A program made the position numbers and the translations under genes. Below the pieces are notes generated by a model. That model was not told where the DNA came from. It saw nothing but the letters and a program-made list of their open reading frames with translations, and ran no database searches. This document shows positions 48,938 to 60,774 of a stretch of DNA of 64,000 nt, piece after piece. The DNA comes from an uncultured Candidatus Rokubacteria bacterium (GTDB lineage Bacteria > Methylomirabilota > Methylomirabilia > Rokubacteriales > DASRDR01): positions 1 to 64,000 of the forward strand of contig CAWDVE010000025.1 of the NCBI GenBank assembly GCA_963805625.1, given 5' to 3'. The first letter of the stretch is position 1, and each line of letters begins with the position of its first letter.

Positions 48938-51063
48938 GCCAGACGACGCCCCACGGCCAGGGCGGGGGCCGAACGCCCAACCGCCTGGCGGGCGAGACGA
49001 GCCCGTACCTCCTTCAGCACCAGTACAACCCGGTCGACTGGTACCCCTGGGGTCCGGAGGCGTTCGAGCGGGCGCGACGCGAGGACCGGCCGCTCCTGCT
49101 TTCCGTCGGCTACTCGGCCTGTCACTGGTGTCACGTCATGGAGCGAGAGTCGTTCGAGGATCCCGCGATCGCGGGGCTGATGAACGAGCGCTTCGTCAAC
49201 ATCAAGGTCGACCGCGAGGAGCGCCCGGACGTCGACTCGATCTACATGCAGGCCGTCCAGTCGATGACGGGCCACGGTGGCTGGCCGATGACGGTCTTCC
49301 TTACGCCCGACGGCGTCCCGTTCTATGGGGGCACCTACTTCCCTCCGGGGGACCGACATGGGATGCCTGGATTTCCCCGGGTGCTCGAGGCGGTGGCCGA
49401 GTACTACCGCGACCGGCGTGGCGAGGCGACCCAGGTCGGGCGTGAGCTGCTCGATCGACTCCGTCAAGCGGAGCGCGTCCGGGCGGGCGGGGACCTGCTC
49501 AGCCCTTCGGTGCTCGACGCCGCCTACCAGGGGATTCGGAGCGAGTTCGACGCCCGCTACGGAGGGCTCGGCCGGGCGCCCAAGTTCCCGCAGCCGATGG
49601 CGTTCGACTTCCTCCTCCGCTACTGGCGCCGGCGAGACGTCCCGGATGCGCTCCAGATGGTTCGCCAGACCCTCACGCGCATGGCCAGGGGCGGCATCTA
49701 CGACCAGCTGGGAGGCGGCTTTCACCGCTACTCGGTCGACCAGGTCTGGCTGGTGCCCCATTTCGAGAAGATGCTCTACGACCAGGCCCAGCTGGCGCTC
49801 CTCTACCTTCAGGCCTGGCAGGCGACGGGCGATCCCGAGTACCGTCGCGTGACCGAGGAGACGCTCGACTACGTCGTCCGCGAGATGACTCACCCCGAGG
49901 GCGGCTTCTACTCCACGCAGGACGCGGACTCGGAAGGGGAGGAGGGGAAGTTCTTCCTCTGGGACCCGGCGGAGATCGAAGCGCTGCTCGACGCCGAGAC
50001 CGCCCGCGTGGCCCTCCACTACTGGGGTGTGGCCGACGGACCCAACTTCGAGGGCCGGAGCATCCTCCATGTACCGCGCGATCCCGACGAGGTGGCGGCC
50101 GCGCTCGGGCTCACGCCGGACAGGGTCTCAGAGCTCCTTCGCCGGGCTCGCGCCATGCTCTTCGCGCACCGAGAGAGCCGGATCAAGCCCGGCCGGGACG
50201 AGAAGGTGCTGTCAGGCTGGAATGGCATGATGCTCCGGGCCTTCGCCGAGGCGTCCGGCGCCCTGGGGCGGCCGGACTACCTCGAGGCGGCCGAGCGGAA
50301 CGCCGGGTTCCTCCTGTCCGCCCTGGTCCAGGACGGCCGGCTCCTCCGGACCTGGAAGGACGGCCGGGCGAAGCTCCTCGGGTACCTGGAGGACCACGCG
50401 ATGGTGGTCGACGGACTCCTCGCGCTCCACGAGGTGACGCTCGACCAGCGGTGGCTCGGCGCAGCGCGCAGGCTGGCCGGCGCGATGGTGGACCTCTTCT
50501 GGGACCCGGAGGCGGAGGGGTTCTTCGACACGGGGCGGGATCACGAGACCCTCGTCGTCCGGCCGCGGAGCCTCTTCGACTCGGCGGTTCCCTGCGGCTC
50601 GTCGGTGGCAGCTGATGTCCTGCTTCGTCTCGCGGTTCTGACCGGGGACGCGGATCTCGAGCAGCGCGGCGTGGCAACCATCCGATCGGTCGCACCCCTC
50701 ATGGGTCGGTACCCCTCGGGCTTCGGGCGATTCCTGGCGGCGCTGGATTTCCATCTCGGATCTCCCGTCGAGGTGGCCGTCGTGTGGGCGGGGGACGAGC
50801 CTCCCGCCGAGCGGGAGCGGCTCCTCGCGCCCCTCCTGGCGGAGGTCTTCCGCCGCTACCTCCCCAACCGGGTCCTCACCGGGGGCGTGGAGGGATCCGG
50901 AGGGGACCTGCCCCTCCTCGCCGGCAAGCGGGCCCGTGCCGGCCGGCCGACGGCCTACGTCTGCGAGAGATACGCGTGCCAGGCGCCCACCACCGAGCCG
51001 GCGGAGCTCGGTGGCCAGCTCGATGGGCGCGGCGGCCGGCCAGCTCCGGCGCCGGTCCGTTGA
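48934..51063 (+). CDS. YyaL/SPATA20-like thioredoxin-domain protein (DUF255)
   Basis: [14 protein letters not shown]; SACHWCHVM; [19 protein letters not shown]. Confidence 0.92.
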   Translation: MSQTTPHGQGGGRTPNRLAGETSPYLLQHQYNPVDWYPWGPEAFERARREDRPLLLSVGYSACHWCHVMERESFEDPAIAGLMNERFVNIKVDREERPDVDSIYMQAVQSMTGHGGWPMTVFLTPDGVPFYGGTYFPPGDRHGMPGFPRVLEAVAEYYRDRRGEATQVGRELLDRLRQAERVRAGGDLLSPSVLDAAYQGIRSEFDARYGGLGRAPKFPQPMAFDFLLRYWRRRDVPDALQMVRQTLTRMARGGIYDQLGGGFHRYSVDQVWLVPHFEKMLYDQAQLALLYLQAWQATGDPEYRRVTEETLDYVVREMTHPEGGFYSTQDADSEGEEGKFFLWDPAEIEALLDAETARVALHYWGVADGPNFEGRSILHVPRDPDEVAAALGLTPDRVSELLRRARAMLFAHRESRIKPGRDEKVLSGWNGMMLRAFAEASGALGRPDYLEAAERNAGFLLSALVQDGRLLRTWKDGRAKLLGYLEDHAMVVDGLLALHEVTLDQRWLGAARRLAGAMVDLFWDPEAEGFFDTGRDHETLVVRPRSLFDSAVPCGSSVAADVLLRLAVLTGDADLEQRGVATIRSVAPLMGRYPSGFGRFLAALDFHLGSPVEVAVVWAGDEPPAERERLLAPLLAEVFRRYLPNRVLTGGVEGSGGDLPLLAGKRARAGRPTAYVCERYACQAPTTEPAELGGQLDGRGGRPAPAPVR

Positions 51064-51178
51064 TGCGGGCCGGCCCTAGGGACTAGCCCCGGCCGCCCAG
51101 TTGATGCGGGCCTGCCGCGGGGCTATAGTCTGGGCACCTTTCCCAGCTACCCCAACTACCCAAGGAGGGGATACACCT

Positions 51179-52784
51179 ATGCGCTTCACGCGAGCCGTGC
51201 TTCTGGTGACGGCCGTCCTGCTGCTCGGTGCGGCGGGACCGGCCCTGGCCCAGACCTTCATCTTCGGCGGCCAGGGGGAGCCGGTCCAGTTCGACCCGGC
51301 CGTCATCACCGACGGGATCACCGCCAAGGTCACGCGCCAGATCTACGACACCCTCTACGAGTTCAAGCCGGGCACGACCCTGGTCCAGCCGGGGCTCGCC
51401 GAGAAGGCCGAGGCCTCGGCCGACGGCAAGACGTGGACGCTCGAGCTTCGCAAGAACGTGAAGTTCCACGACGGCGAGCCGTTCGACGCCAAGGCCGTAG
51501 TCTGGAACTTCGAGCGTTGGATGAACACGAAGAACCCGCAGCATGAGAACCAGCTCAAGGCGGGCCAGACCTTCGAGTACTTCGAGGGCCAGTTCGACGG
51601 CTTTGACGACAAGTCGGTCATCGAGAAGGTCGAGGCGACCGGCAGCCACACCGTGAAGTTCACACTCCGGCAGCCCCAGGCGCCGTTCCTTCAGAACATC
51701 GCCATGTTCCCCTTCGGCATCGCCAGCCCGAAAGCCGTCGAGAAGTGGGGCACGGAGTTCGGGAAGCACCCGGTGGGAACGGGCGCCTTCAAGTTCGTCG
51801 AGTGGAAGGCGAACCAGGAGGTCGTGCTCGAGGCGAACCCGGACTACTGGGGGAAGAAAGCAAGCATCAAGCGGGCCATCGTCCGCAACATCAAGGACAA
51901 CTCCCAGCGGGTGGCCGCGCTCAAGGCCGGTGAGGTGCACGGGATCGAGGGGATCAACCCCGACGACCTCAAGGTTCTGCGGGCCGATTCGAACCTCCAG
52001 GTGCTGCTCCGCCCGACCAACACGACTGGCTACGTCGCCTTCAACTACAAGGTGAAGGAGTTTCAGGACAAGCGCGTCCGCGAGGCGGTCGCCCATGCGA
52101 TCAACAAGAAAGCGATCGTCGACGCGCTCTACGGCGGCACCGGGCTCGTGGCAACCCAGTTCCAGCCGCCGCCGCTCTGGGGCTACAACAAGGAGCTGAA
52201 GGACTACGAGTACAGCACGGCCAAGGCTCAGGACCTCCTGAAGCAGGCGGGATTCCCCAACGGCTTCAGCGAGATCACCTGGGACGACGGCAAGAAGGAG
52301 CCGCTCGTCTTCTGGTACATGTCCCGCTCGCGTCCGTACTTCCCGAACCCCAAGGAGATCGGGGAGGCTATCGCGGCCGACCTCGCGAAGGTCGGGATCA
52401 AGGGCCAGCTCCAGACCGTGGAGTGGGCAAACTACCTCGACAAGCGGAAGAACGGCCAGCTCCCGCTCTACATGCTCGGGTGGACCGGTGACAATGGCGA
52501 TCCCGACAACTTCCTCTGCTACTTCTTCTGTCCGGACAAGCCGTCGCGCGAGGGGTTCCATTCGAACCCGCCGCTCTCGGACCTGCTGAAGCGCGCCGCG
52601 ACGCTGACGACCCAGACGGAGCGCGCGAAGCTCTACCGCCAGGCCGAGCAGATGATCCACGATAACGTCTCGCGGGTGTTCGTCGCCAACAACGAGCCCC
52701 CCCTCGCCTTCTCGAAGAAGGTGAAGGGCTACGTGCCGAGCCCGTTGGACGACGAGCGGTTCAACACCATCAACGATCCAGTAA
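51179..52784 (+). CDS. dppA: Peptide ABC transporter substrate-binding protein, copy 1 (likely 1-nt indel near the 3' end)
   Basis: Signal peptide; VKFHDG; GTGAFKF; GWTGDNGDPDNF; promoter TTGATG-N17-TATAGT at 51101-51129. Confidence 0.88.
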
Positions 52785-52817
52785 CACGCGGAGACCCTGT
52801 CGGAGGACGGGGAGTCG

Positions 52818-53822
52818 GTGCGGAGTTACGCCATTCGGCGCAGCCTCACCGTCATACCCGTCCTCCTCGGGGTCTCGATCCTCGTCTTCAGCTTCGTTCA
52901 TCTGATCCCCGGTGACCCCGCGGTCACCATGCTCGGCGAGCGCGCGACGCCCGAGAAGGTCGCCGAGGTCCGAAAACGACTCGGCCTGGACCGCCCGATC
53001 CCCGAGCAGTATTTCCTCTACATCAGCAAGGCCATTCGGGGGGATCTGGGCGTCTCCATCGTCCGCGGCGACCCGGTGTTCACCGACATCCTCCGTCGAT
53101 TCCCCGCGACCGTTGAGCTGGCGGTCGCTGCCATCGTCCTCGCCGTCCTGTTCGGGATCCCCGTCGGCATCGTCTCCGCCGTCTGGCGGAAGTCCCTGAT
53201 CGACAGCCTCTCCCGCCTGCTCGCGCTGACCGGGGTCTCGATGCCGATCTTCTGGCTGGGCGTGATGCTGGCCTGGGTGTTCGCCGTCGAGCTCCACTGG
53301 CTGCCCACGGGAGCCCGGCTCGACAGCGTGGCCGACTACGAGCCGTGGACCCACTTCGTCCTGATCGACGCGGTGCTTCAGCGCAACTGGGCCATGATTC
53401 CGGACGCGCTGCGGCATCTGGTGCTGCCCGCGGTGGCCCTCGCCACGATTCCTCTCGCCGTCATCGCCCGGATGATGCGGGCGAGCATGCTCGAGATCCT
53501 CTCGCGCGACTATATCCGCACGGCGGATGCCAAGGGCCTCTCGCGAGCGGCCGTGGTCCTGCGCCACGGGCTCCGGAATGCGCTCCTGCCGGTGCTCACC
53601 GTGGTGGGCCTTCAGGTCGGCTCGCTCCTGGCGGGGGCGATCCTCACCGAGACGATCTTCTCCTGGCCGGGGATCGGGCGCTGGGTGTACGAGTCGATCG
53701 AGTCGCGCGACTACCCGATCGTCCAGGGGGCGAGCCTCTTCATCGGAGTCATCGTGGTCGTGGTGAACCTCTTCACGGACCTCCTCTACGCCGCGGTCGA
53801 TCCGCGGATCAAGTACGACTGA
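52818..53822 (+). CDS. dppB: Peptide ABC transporter permease, copy 1
   Basis: PGDP; RFPATVEL; DYIRTADAKG; ETIFSWPGIG; DPRI. Confidence 0.92.
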   Translation: MRSYAIRRSLTVIPVLLGVSILVFSFVHLIPGDPAVTMLGERATPEKVAEVRKRLGLDRPIPEQYFLYISKAIRGDLGVSIVRGDPVFTDILRRFPATVELAVAAIVLAVLFGIPVGIVSAVWRKSLIDSLSRLLALTGVSMPIFWLGVMLAWVFAVELHWLPTGARLDSVADYEPWTHFVLIDAVLQRNWAMIPDALRHLVLPAVALATIPLAVIARMMRASMLEILSRDYIRTADAKGLSRAAVVLRHGLRNALLPVLTVVGLQVGSLLAGAILTETIFSWPGIGRWVYESIESRDYPIVQGASLFIGVIVVVVNLFTDLLYAAVDPRIKYD

Positions 53823-54729
53823 TGGGCGCCACGACTGAAGCTGCGGCCCTCGATCCGGTCGTGGTCCCCGCCGCGCGCGGCCAGAGCCCGGCGGCGGCGG
53901 CCTGGCGCCGGCTCCTGTCGAGCCCGGTGGCGCGAGTGGGCCTGGTGATCGTGTGCGTGTTCGTCCTGGCCGCGGCCCTTGCCCCCTTCCTCCACCACTA
54001 CGACCCCAAGACGGATTCGAGTCTGGGTGAGCGGCTCAGGCCGCCCGGTGTCGAGCACCCCTTCGGCACGGACTCTCTCGGACGAGACATCCTGGTGAGG
54101 GTCATTCATGCGGCGCGGGTGTCGCTCGGCCTGGGAATCAGCTCAGTGGTCGTGGCGGCCGTGATCGGGTCGCTGCTTGGCCTCTTGGCCGGTTATTCCG
54201 GCCGGACGTCGGACCTCGTCATCATGTTCTGCATGGACATCCTGCTGGCTTTCCCGGGACGCTCCTGGCCATCGCCATCGTGGCGATGATCGGCCCCGGC
54301 CTCCGGAACTCGCTCCTGGCGATCAGCACGGTCGCGATCCCCATCTACGCGCGGATTGCCCGCGGAGCGGTGCTCGAGCTTCGCGAGCTGGAGTTCGTCA
54401 CGGCGGCGAGAGCTCTCGGTGGCAGCGGTCCGCACGTGGTCATGCGCCACATCTTCCCGAACACGCTGCCGCCACTCATCGTCCAGACGACCCTGGCGAT
54501 CGCGTTCGCCATCCTGGAGGCGGCCGCGCTGGGGTTCCTCGGTCTCGGCGCTCAGCCGCCGACCCCGGAGTGGGGCGCGATGCTGTCCGACTCGTACAAG
54601 TACTTCACGAGCGGCGCCTGGTGGGTGTTCTTCTTCCCCGGCGTGGCCATCATGCTGTCGGTCCTGGGGTTCAACCTGCTCGGCGACGGTCTGCGCGATG
54701 CCCTGGACCCAAGGCTGCGCTCGGACTAG
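53822..54729 (+). CDS. dppC: Peptide ABC transporter permease, copy 1 (one frameshift near 54255)
   Basis: HPFGTDSLGRD; FLGLGAQPPTPEWG; FNLLGDGLRDALDP. Confidence 0.85.
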
Positions 54730-54879
54730 TTTCGCTCAACCCCGGCGTCCATTCCTGACGGCCCGCGGGACCGTGTCCGGCAGGGGGGCCGCTTGCCCCG
54801 GGCCCGTCCGTTGAAGCCAGTTGGCCGGAGGACTATAGTCTGGCCACCGCTTCCAACCATCGAACAAGGAGGAACACCT

Positions 54880-56481
54880 ATGCGTCTTGCGCGCGCAATG
54901 CTCCTGCTGACCACGGTTCTGGTCTTGGGCGCGGTGGGCCCGGCTCGAGCTCAGACGTTCGTGTTCGGGGCCGAGGGTGAGCCCGTCAGTTTCGACCCCG
55001 CGATCATCACCGACGGCGTTTCGCAGCGGGTCACGACGCAGGTCTACGACAACCTGGTCCGGTACAAGGGCGCGACGACCGACGTCGAGCCCGCGCTGGC
55101 CGAGAAGTGGGATACCTCGGCGGACGGCAAGGTTTGGACGCTCTACATCCGCCAGAACGTGAAGTTTCACGACGGTGAGCCACTCGACGCCAAGGCGGTG
55201 GTCTGGAACATCGAGCGCTGGTGGAAGGCAAGTCACCCTCAGCACGAGAACCAGCTGAAGGCCGGGCAGACGTTCGAGTACTGGGAGGGACAGTTCGACG
55301 GCTTCGACGACAAGTCGATCGTCTCCAAGGTGGAGGCGCTGGACTCGCACACCGTTCGCGTCACGCTGAAGCAGCCACAGGCGCCGTTCCTGTCCAATCT
55401 GGCGATGCTTCAGCTTCGGCATTGCCAGCCCCAAGGCGGTGGAGAAATGGGGCACGGAGTACGGGAAGCACCCGGTGGGGACGGGGGCCTTCAAGTTCGT
55501 CGAGTGGAAGGCAAACCAGGAGGTCGTGCTGGAGGCGAATCCCGACTACTGGGGAGTGAAGGCGAAGGTGAAGCGGGTGGTCGTGCGGAACATCAAGGAC
55601 AACTCGCAGCGGCTGGCCGCTCTGAAGGCGGGTGAGATTCACGGGATGTACGGCCTCAACCCGGACGATATCAAGGTGGTCAAGAGCGATCCAAATCTCT
55701 AGATGCTGCCGCGGCCGACGAACAACACCGGCTACGTGGCGTTCAACTACAAGGTGAAGGAGTTCCTGGACAAGCGGATCCGCCAGGCAATCGCCCACGC
55801 GATCAACAAGAAGGCGATCGTCGACGCACTCTACGGCGGGACCGGGCTGGTGGCGACGCAGTTCCAGCCGCCGGCGCTGTGGGGCTACAACAAGGAGCTG
55901 AAGGACTTCGAGTACAGCCAGGAGAAGGCCCAAGACTTGCTGAAGCAGGCCGGGTTCCCGAACGGCTTCACCGAGATCACCTGGGAGGACGGCAAGAAGG
56001 AGCCGTTGGTGTTCTGGTACATGCCGGTGTCCCGGCCTTACTTCCCGAACCCGAAGGAGATCGGCGAGGCGATCGCGGCGGACCTGGCCAAGGTCGGCAT
56101 CAAGGCCCAGCTCCAGACGGTCGACTGGGCCGTCTACCTTGACAAGCGGAAGAATGGGCAGCTGCCGATCTACATGCTTGGGTGGACCGGTGACAACGGT
56201 GATCCGGACAACTTCGTCTGCTACTTCTTCTGCTCCGGGCTCGTCCCGGGAGGGATTCTATTCCAACCTGCCCTGGCCGACGTTCTGAAGCGGGCCGCCG
56301 TGCTGACCCAGCAGGATGAGCGCGCGGCGCTATACCGCCAGGCCGAGCAGATGATCCACGATGACGTGGCCCGGATCTTCATCGCGAACAACGAACCCCC
56401 GCTGGCGTTCTCGAAGAAGGTGAAGGGCTACGTGACGAACCCGACTGGGACGAGCCCTTCAACACCGTCTCGATGCAGTAG
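54880..56481 (+). pseudogene. dppA: dppA copy 2 (frameshifts and in-frame TAG at 55700-55702)
   Basis: Paralog of 51179-52784; promoter TTGAAG-N17-TATAGT at 54811-54839. Confidence 0.8.
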
Positions 56482-56506
56482 TTCCGACCCGGCGGCGGAC
56501 GGGGCG

Positions 56507-57511
56507 GTGAGGGACGTCGCGATGCGGCGTTCCCTCACCGTCACCCCGTCCTCTTCGGGATCTCGATCCTCGTCTTCGGCTTCATCCACCTGATCCCGGG
56601 CGACCCCGCCGTCACCATGCTCGGCGAGCGCGCGACGCCCGAGAAGGTCGCCGACGTCCGGGCGCGGCTCGGCCTGGACCGTCCGCTCCACGAGCAGTAC
56701 CTCATCTACATCGGCAAGGTCATTCGCGGGGATCTGGGCGTCTCGATCGTCCGCGGCGACCCCGTGTTCGCCGACATCCTCCGCCGGTTCCCCGCGACGG
56801 TGGAGCTGGCGCTGGCCGCCATCGTCTCGCCATCCTGTTCGGGATTCCCGATCGGCATCGTCTCCGCCGTCTGGCGCAAATCGTTGATCGACAGCCTCTC
56901 CCGCGTGCTGCGCGCTGACCGGCGTCTCGATGCCGATCTTCTGGCTGGGCGTGATGCTCGCCTGGGTCTTCGGCGTCGAGCTCCACTGGCTGCCCACCGG
57001 CGCCCGGCTCGACAGCGTGGCCGACTACGAGCCGTGGACGCACTTCGTCCTGCTCGACGCGGTCCTCCAGCGCAACTGGGCGATGATCCCGGACGCGCTG
57101 CGGCACCTGGTGCTGCCGGCGGTCGCGCTCGCCACGATCCCGCTCGCGGTGATCGCCCGGATGACGCGGGCGAGCATGCTCGAGGTCCTCTCGCGCGACT
57201 AGATCCGACAGCGGAAACCAAGGGCCTGGCCCGGGCGGCCGTGGTCCTGCGCCACGGGCTCCGGAACGCGCTCCTGCCGGTGCTGACGGTGGTGGGCCTT
57301 CAGGTCGGCTCGCTCCTGGCAGGGGCGATCCTCACCGAGACCATCTTCTCCTGGCCGGGAATCGGCCGCTGGGTGTACGAGTCGATCGAGTCGCGCGACT
57401 ACCCGATCGTCCAGGGCGCGAGCCTCTTCATCGGCGTCATCGTGGTCGTGGTGAACCTGTTCACGGACCTCCTCTACGCCGACGGTCGATCCGCGGATCA
57501 AGTACGACTGA
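56507..57511 (+). pseudogene. dppB: dppB copy 2 (frameshifts, TAG at 57200-57202)
   Basis: Close paralog of copy 1, split over several frames. Confidence 0.8.
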
Positions 57512-58415
57512 TGGGCGTGACGACGCAGGCTGCGACCTCGAGCCGGTCGCGGTCCCCGCTGCGCGCGGCCAGAGCCCGGCGGCGGCGGCCTGGCGCCGGC
57601 TCCTGTCGAGCCCGGTGGCGCGAGTGGGCCTGGTGATCGTGTGCGTGTTCGTCCTGGTCGCGGTCCTCGCCCCGTTCGTCCATCACTACGATCCCAAGAC
57701 GGACTCGAGCCTGACCGAGCGGCTTCGAGCCGCCCAGCGGGGCGCACCCCTTCGGCACGGACTCGCTCGGGCGCGACATCCTGGTGAGGGTCATGCACGC
57801 GGCGCGGGTGTCGCTCGGCCTGGGGATCAGCTCGGTGATCGTGGCGGCTGCGATCGGGTCCTGCTCGGCCTCCTGGCCGGCTACGTCGGGCGGACGTCGG
57901 ACCTCGTCATCATGTTCTGCATGGACATCCTGCTGGCCTTCCCCGGGACGCTCCTGGCCATCGCCATCGTGGCCATGATCGGCCCGGGTCTGCGGAACTC
58001 GCTCCTGGCGATCAGCATGGTCGCGATCCCGATCTACGCGCGGATCGCCCGGGGGGCGGTGCTCGAGCTTCGCGAGCTGGAGTTCGTCACGGCGGCGAGG
58101 GCTCTCGGGGGCAGCGGCCCGCACGTGGTCCTGCGCCACATCTTCCCGAACACGCTGCCGCCGCTCATCGTCCAGACGACGCTGGCGATCGCGTTCGCGA
58201 TCCTGGAGGCGGCCGCGCTGGGGTTCCTCGGTCTCGGCGCCCAGCCGCCGACCCCGGAGTGGGGCGCGATGCTGGCCGACTCGTACAAGTACTTCACGAG
58301 CGGCGCCTGGTGGGTGTTCTTCTTCCCGGGGGCCGCCATCATGCTGTCGGTCCTGGGTTCAACCTGCTCGACGACCGTCTCCGCGATGCCCTGTACCGGG
58401 CTCCGTTCGGATTAG
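57511..58415 (+). pseudogene. dppC: dppC copy 2 (frameshifts)
   Basis: Close paralog of copy 1, split over several frames. Confidence 0.8.
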
Positions 58416-58428
58416 CCTCGACCGATCC

Positions 58429-59145
58429 CGGCGTCCGTTCCTGACCGCCCGCTGGGTCAACGTCGCCCTGCTTTCCTATCCCGTGCCGGACGAGGTTCTC
58501 GCGCCGCGGCTGCCGCCCGGCCTGGCTCTCGACCGCTGGGAAGGCCGCGGCTTCGTGAGCCTCGTGGCCTTTGACTTCCTCGACACGCGCGTCGCGGGCG
58601 TACCCTGGCCTGGATTCACGCGATTCCCCGAGGTCAATCTGCGCTTCTACGTCCGGGAAGGGGACCGACGCGGCGTCGTCTTCATCAGCGAGCTGGTGCC
58701 GAGCCGGCTCGTGGCGCTCCTGGCCCGCCACCTCTACAACGAGCCGTACCGGGTAGCGCGGCTCCACAGCACCACCTGGGCGGAGCGTGACCGGATCCGA
58801 GTGGCCCACGAGTTCGTCTGGGGAGGCCGGCGGCAGCGCCTCGCGGTCGAGGCACGGTGCCCCGCCGAGCCCACCGCCGAGACTGGGCCGACTCACTTCT
58901 TCAAGGAGCACGCGTGGGGGTACGGGACCGACCGGCGTGGCGACCCGCTCCGGTACGCGGTCGACCACCCCCGCTGGCGCGTCTACCCCGACGCAGTGGC
59001 GCGTGTCGACCTGGACTTCCGGGCCGTGTACGGGCCCGAGTGGGGCTTCCTGACCGGTCTCGTGCCCGAGCTGGTGGTCCTTGCGGAAGGGTCGGCGGTG
59101 GCCGTCTACCGGGGCGAGCGACTGCGAACGGGGCAGCCAACGTAG
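58429..59145 (+). CDS. DUF2071 (YqjF) family protein; true start probably overlaps the dppC end
   Basis: PFLTARWVNVALLSYPV; FPEVNLRFYV; GVVFISE; VDHPRW. Confidence 0.8.
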   Translation, partial: RRPFLTARWVNVALLSYPVPDEVLAPRLPPGLALDRWEGRGFVSLVAFDFLDTRVAGVPWPGFTRFPEVNLRFYVREGDRRGVVFISELVPSRLVALLARHLYNEPYRVARLHSTTWAERDRIRVAHEFVWGGRRQRLAVEARCPAEPTAETGPTHFFKEHAWGYGTDRRGDPLRYAVDHPRWRVYPDAVARVDLDFRAVYGPEWGFLTGLVPELVVLAEGSAVAVYRGERLRTGQPT

Positions 59146-59229
59146 CCGGCGCCACCCCGGCGCCGGTATAGTAGACTCGACGACCGCGCCGCCCCCGGCG
59201 CGGTTCGCGCTTCGGAGGAGAGCGGGAGA

Positions 59230-59991
59230 ATGTGGGACGAGCCACTGGTGATCGCGACGCGGTCCTTCCGCTCGCGACTCGTCGTGGGGGCCGAGCGCTA
59301 CCCCTCGGCGGAGATCATGCGGCGGAGCCACGACGCCGCGGGCGCGGAGCTCGTGACCCTGGTGGTCCCGGACCTGGACCTCGCGAGTCCGGGAGGCTCG
59401 CTCCTGACGTCGATCGACCAGGGGCGCTTCACCCTGGTCGCGACCACCACCGGGTGCCGGACGGCAGATGAGGCGGTGCGTACGGCCTACCTCGCTCGGG
59501 AGTCGGGGCTCGGAGACTTCGTGAAGATCGACGTGGTCGGGGATTCGCGGACCGAGATGCCGGATCTCCCGGCGGTTCTCGAGGCGACCCGCACCCTGTC
59601 GCGGGACGGGTTCGTCGCGCTGCCGGTGGCGGGCGAGGATCCCGTCGCCGCGCGGCGGCTGGAGGAGGCGGGCGCGGCAGCCATCCTGCTCCAGCCCGCG
59701 CCGGCTGGGTCGGGGCTCGGAATCCGCAACCCCTACGCCATCCGCCTGGTCCTGGACACCGCGACCGTGCCGGTCATCGTGGCCGCCGGGATCGGCACGG
59801 CCTCGGACGCGGCGGTCGCCATGGAGCTGGGCTGCCACGCCGTGCTGGTGGGTACGGCCATCGCCGAGGCACGTGACCCGGAGGTCATGGCCGAGGCGAT
59901 GCGCCATGCGGTGGAGGCGGGGCGCGCTGCCTACAAGGCCGGGCGCATCGCCCGGCGCCTCCATCGGAACGCGTTCGGCTCCCCGGATTGA
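59230..59991 (+). CDS. thiG: Thiazole synthase-like protein (divergent active site)
   Basis: FRSRLVVG; GCRTADEAVRTA; VKIDVVGD; GSGLGIRNP; GIGTASDAAVAMELG. Confidence 0.8.
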   Translation: MWDEPLVIATRSFRSRLVVGAERYPSAEIMRRSHDAAGAELVTLVVPDLDLASPGGSLLTSIDQGRFTLVATTTGCRTADEAVRTAYLARESGLGDFVKIDVVGDSRTEMPDLPAVLEATRTLSRDGFVALPVAGEDPVAARRLEEAGAAAILLQPAPAGSGLGIRNPYAIRLVLDTATVPVIVAAGIGTASDAAVAMELGCHAVLVGTAIAEARDPEVMAEAMRHAVEAGRAAYKAGRIARRLHRNAFGSPD

Positions 59992-60031
59992 GTCTGCCCC
60001 TGCAGGTCCTCATCGTCGCGCTCCGGCTCAC

Positions 60032-60244
60032 GTGAGCCGGCCTGACGCCGTCGTCGTCGGGACGGGTGCGATCGGGGCTGCCTGCGCGTACGAGCTCGCG
60101 TGCGCCGGGCTCCGCGTCACGGTGGTCGAGCGCGCGGAGCCTGGGGCGGAGGCCTCGGGCGCGTCGGCCGGAATCCTGTCGGTCCCGGATCCCTCCCGTC
60201 GTGATCCCGTCGCCACCCTCGGCCGGCTGAGCCGCGACCTCTGA
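60032..60244 (+). pseudogene. thiO: Glycine oxidase N-terminal fragment
   Basis: VVVGTGAIGAACAYELA..EASGASAGIL, stop after about 70 codons. Confidence 0.7.
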
Positions 60245-60597
60245 AGCCGGGGGCCTTCTTTGCGCTTACCGAACATGGCTTGGGTCCGAGGGGGAATCCG
60301 CACTACCCCGTGCCCTGGTCGATGGACGGAAGCGGCGTCTACCTGCTCACGCCGTCCGAGACTCGAGCCGTTTTGGAGCAGATCGGCTTCGAGGCCATCC
60401 TCATCGAGGATACCGGAGCCAAGTACCTCGCCGGATACAGAGCGGCGATTGAAAGAGCCGAAAAGGGGGTTGTGCCGCCGCTCGGAATCCACATACTCTT
60501 CGGCGAGACCGCGTTGGAGAAGACACGCAACGCCGCGCGTAACATAGATGAGGGTCGCACACACCCCATACAGTTGATCTGCCGCAAGCGACGATGA
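60242..60597 (+). pseudogene. SAM methyltransferase C-terminal fragment (lower GC)
   Basis: LKPGAFFALTEH..PHYPVPW; abuts the thiO break. Confidence 0.6.
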
Positions 60598-60774
60598 TTG
60601 CACTGGGTACAGCCCGGTCGGCCGGGCGCGATCCTGGGCCTCTCTCTGGATGTGAACGTCACAAGTCGCACGCCGGCCGGACAGGCAAGACTGTTTGGTC
60701 GAGCGGTGCCCCTCATGGCCCGCGTCGGCGCTCCGGCCGGACGGTTGGCGCGGGGGCGGTGATAGGATGCCCTC

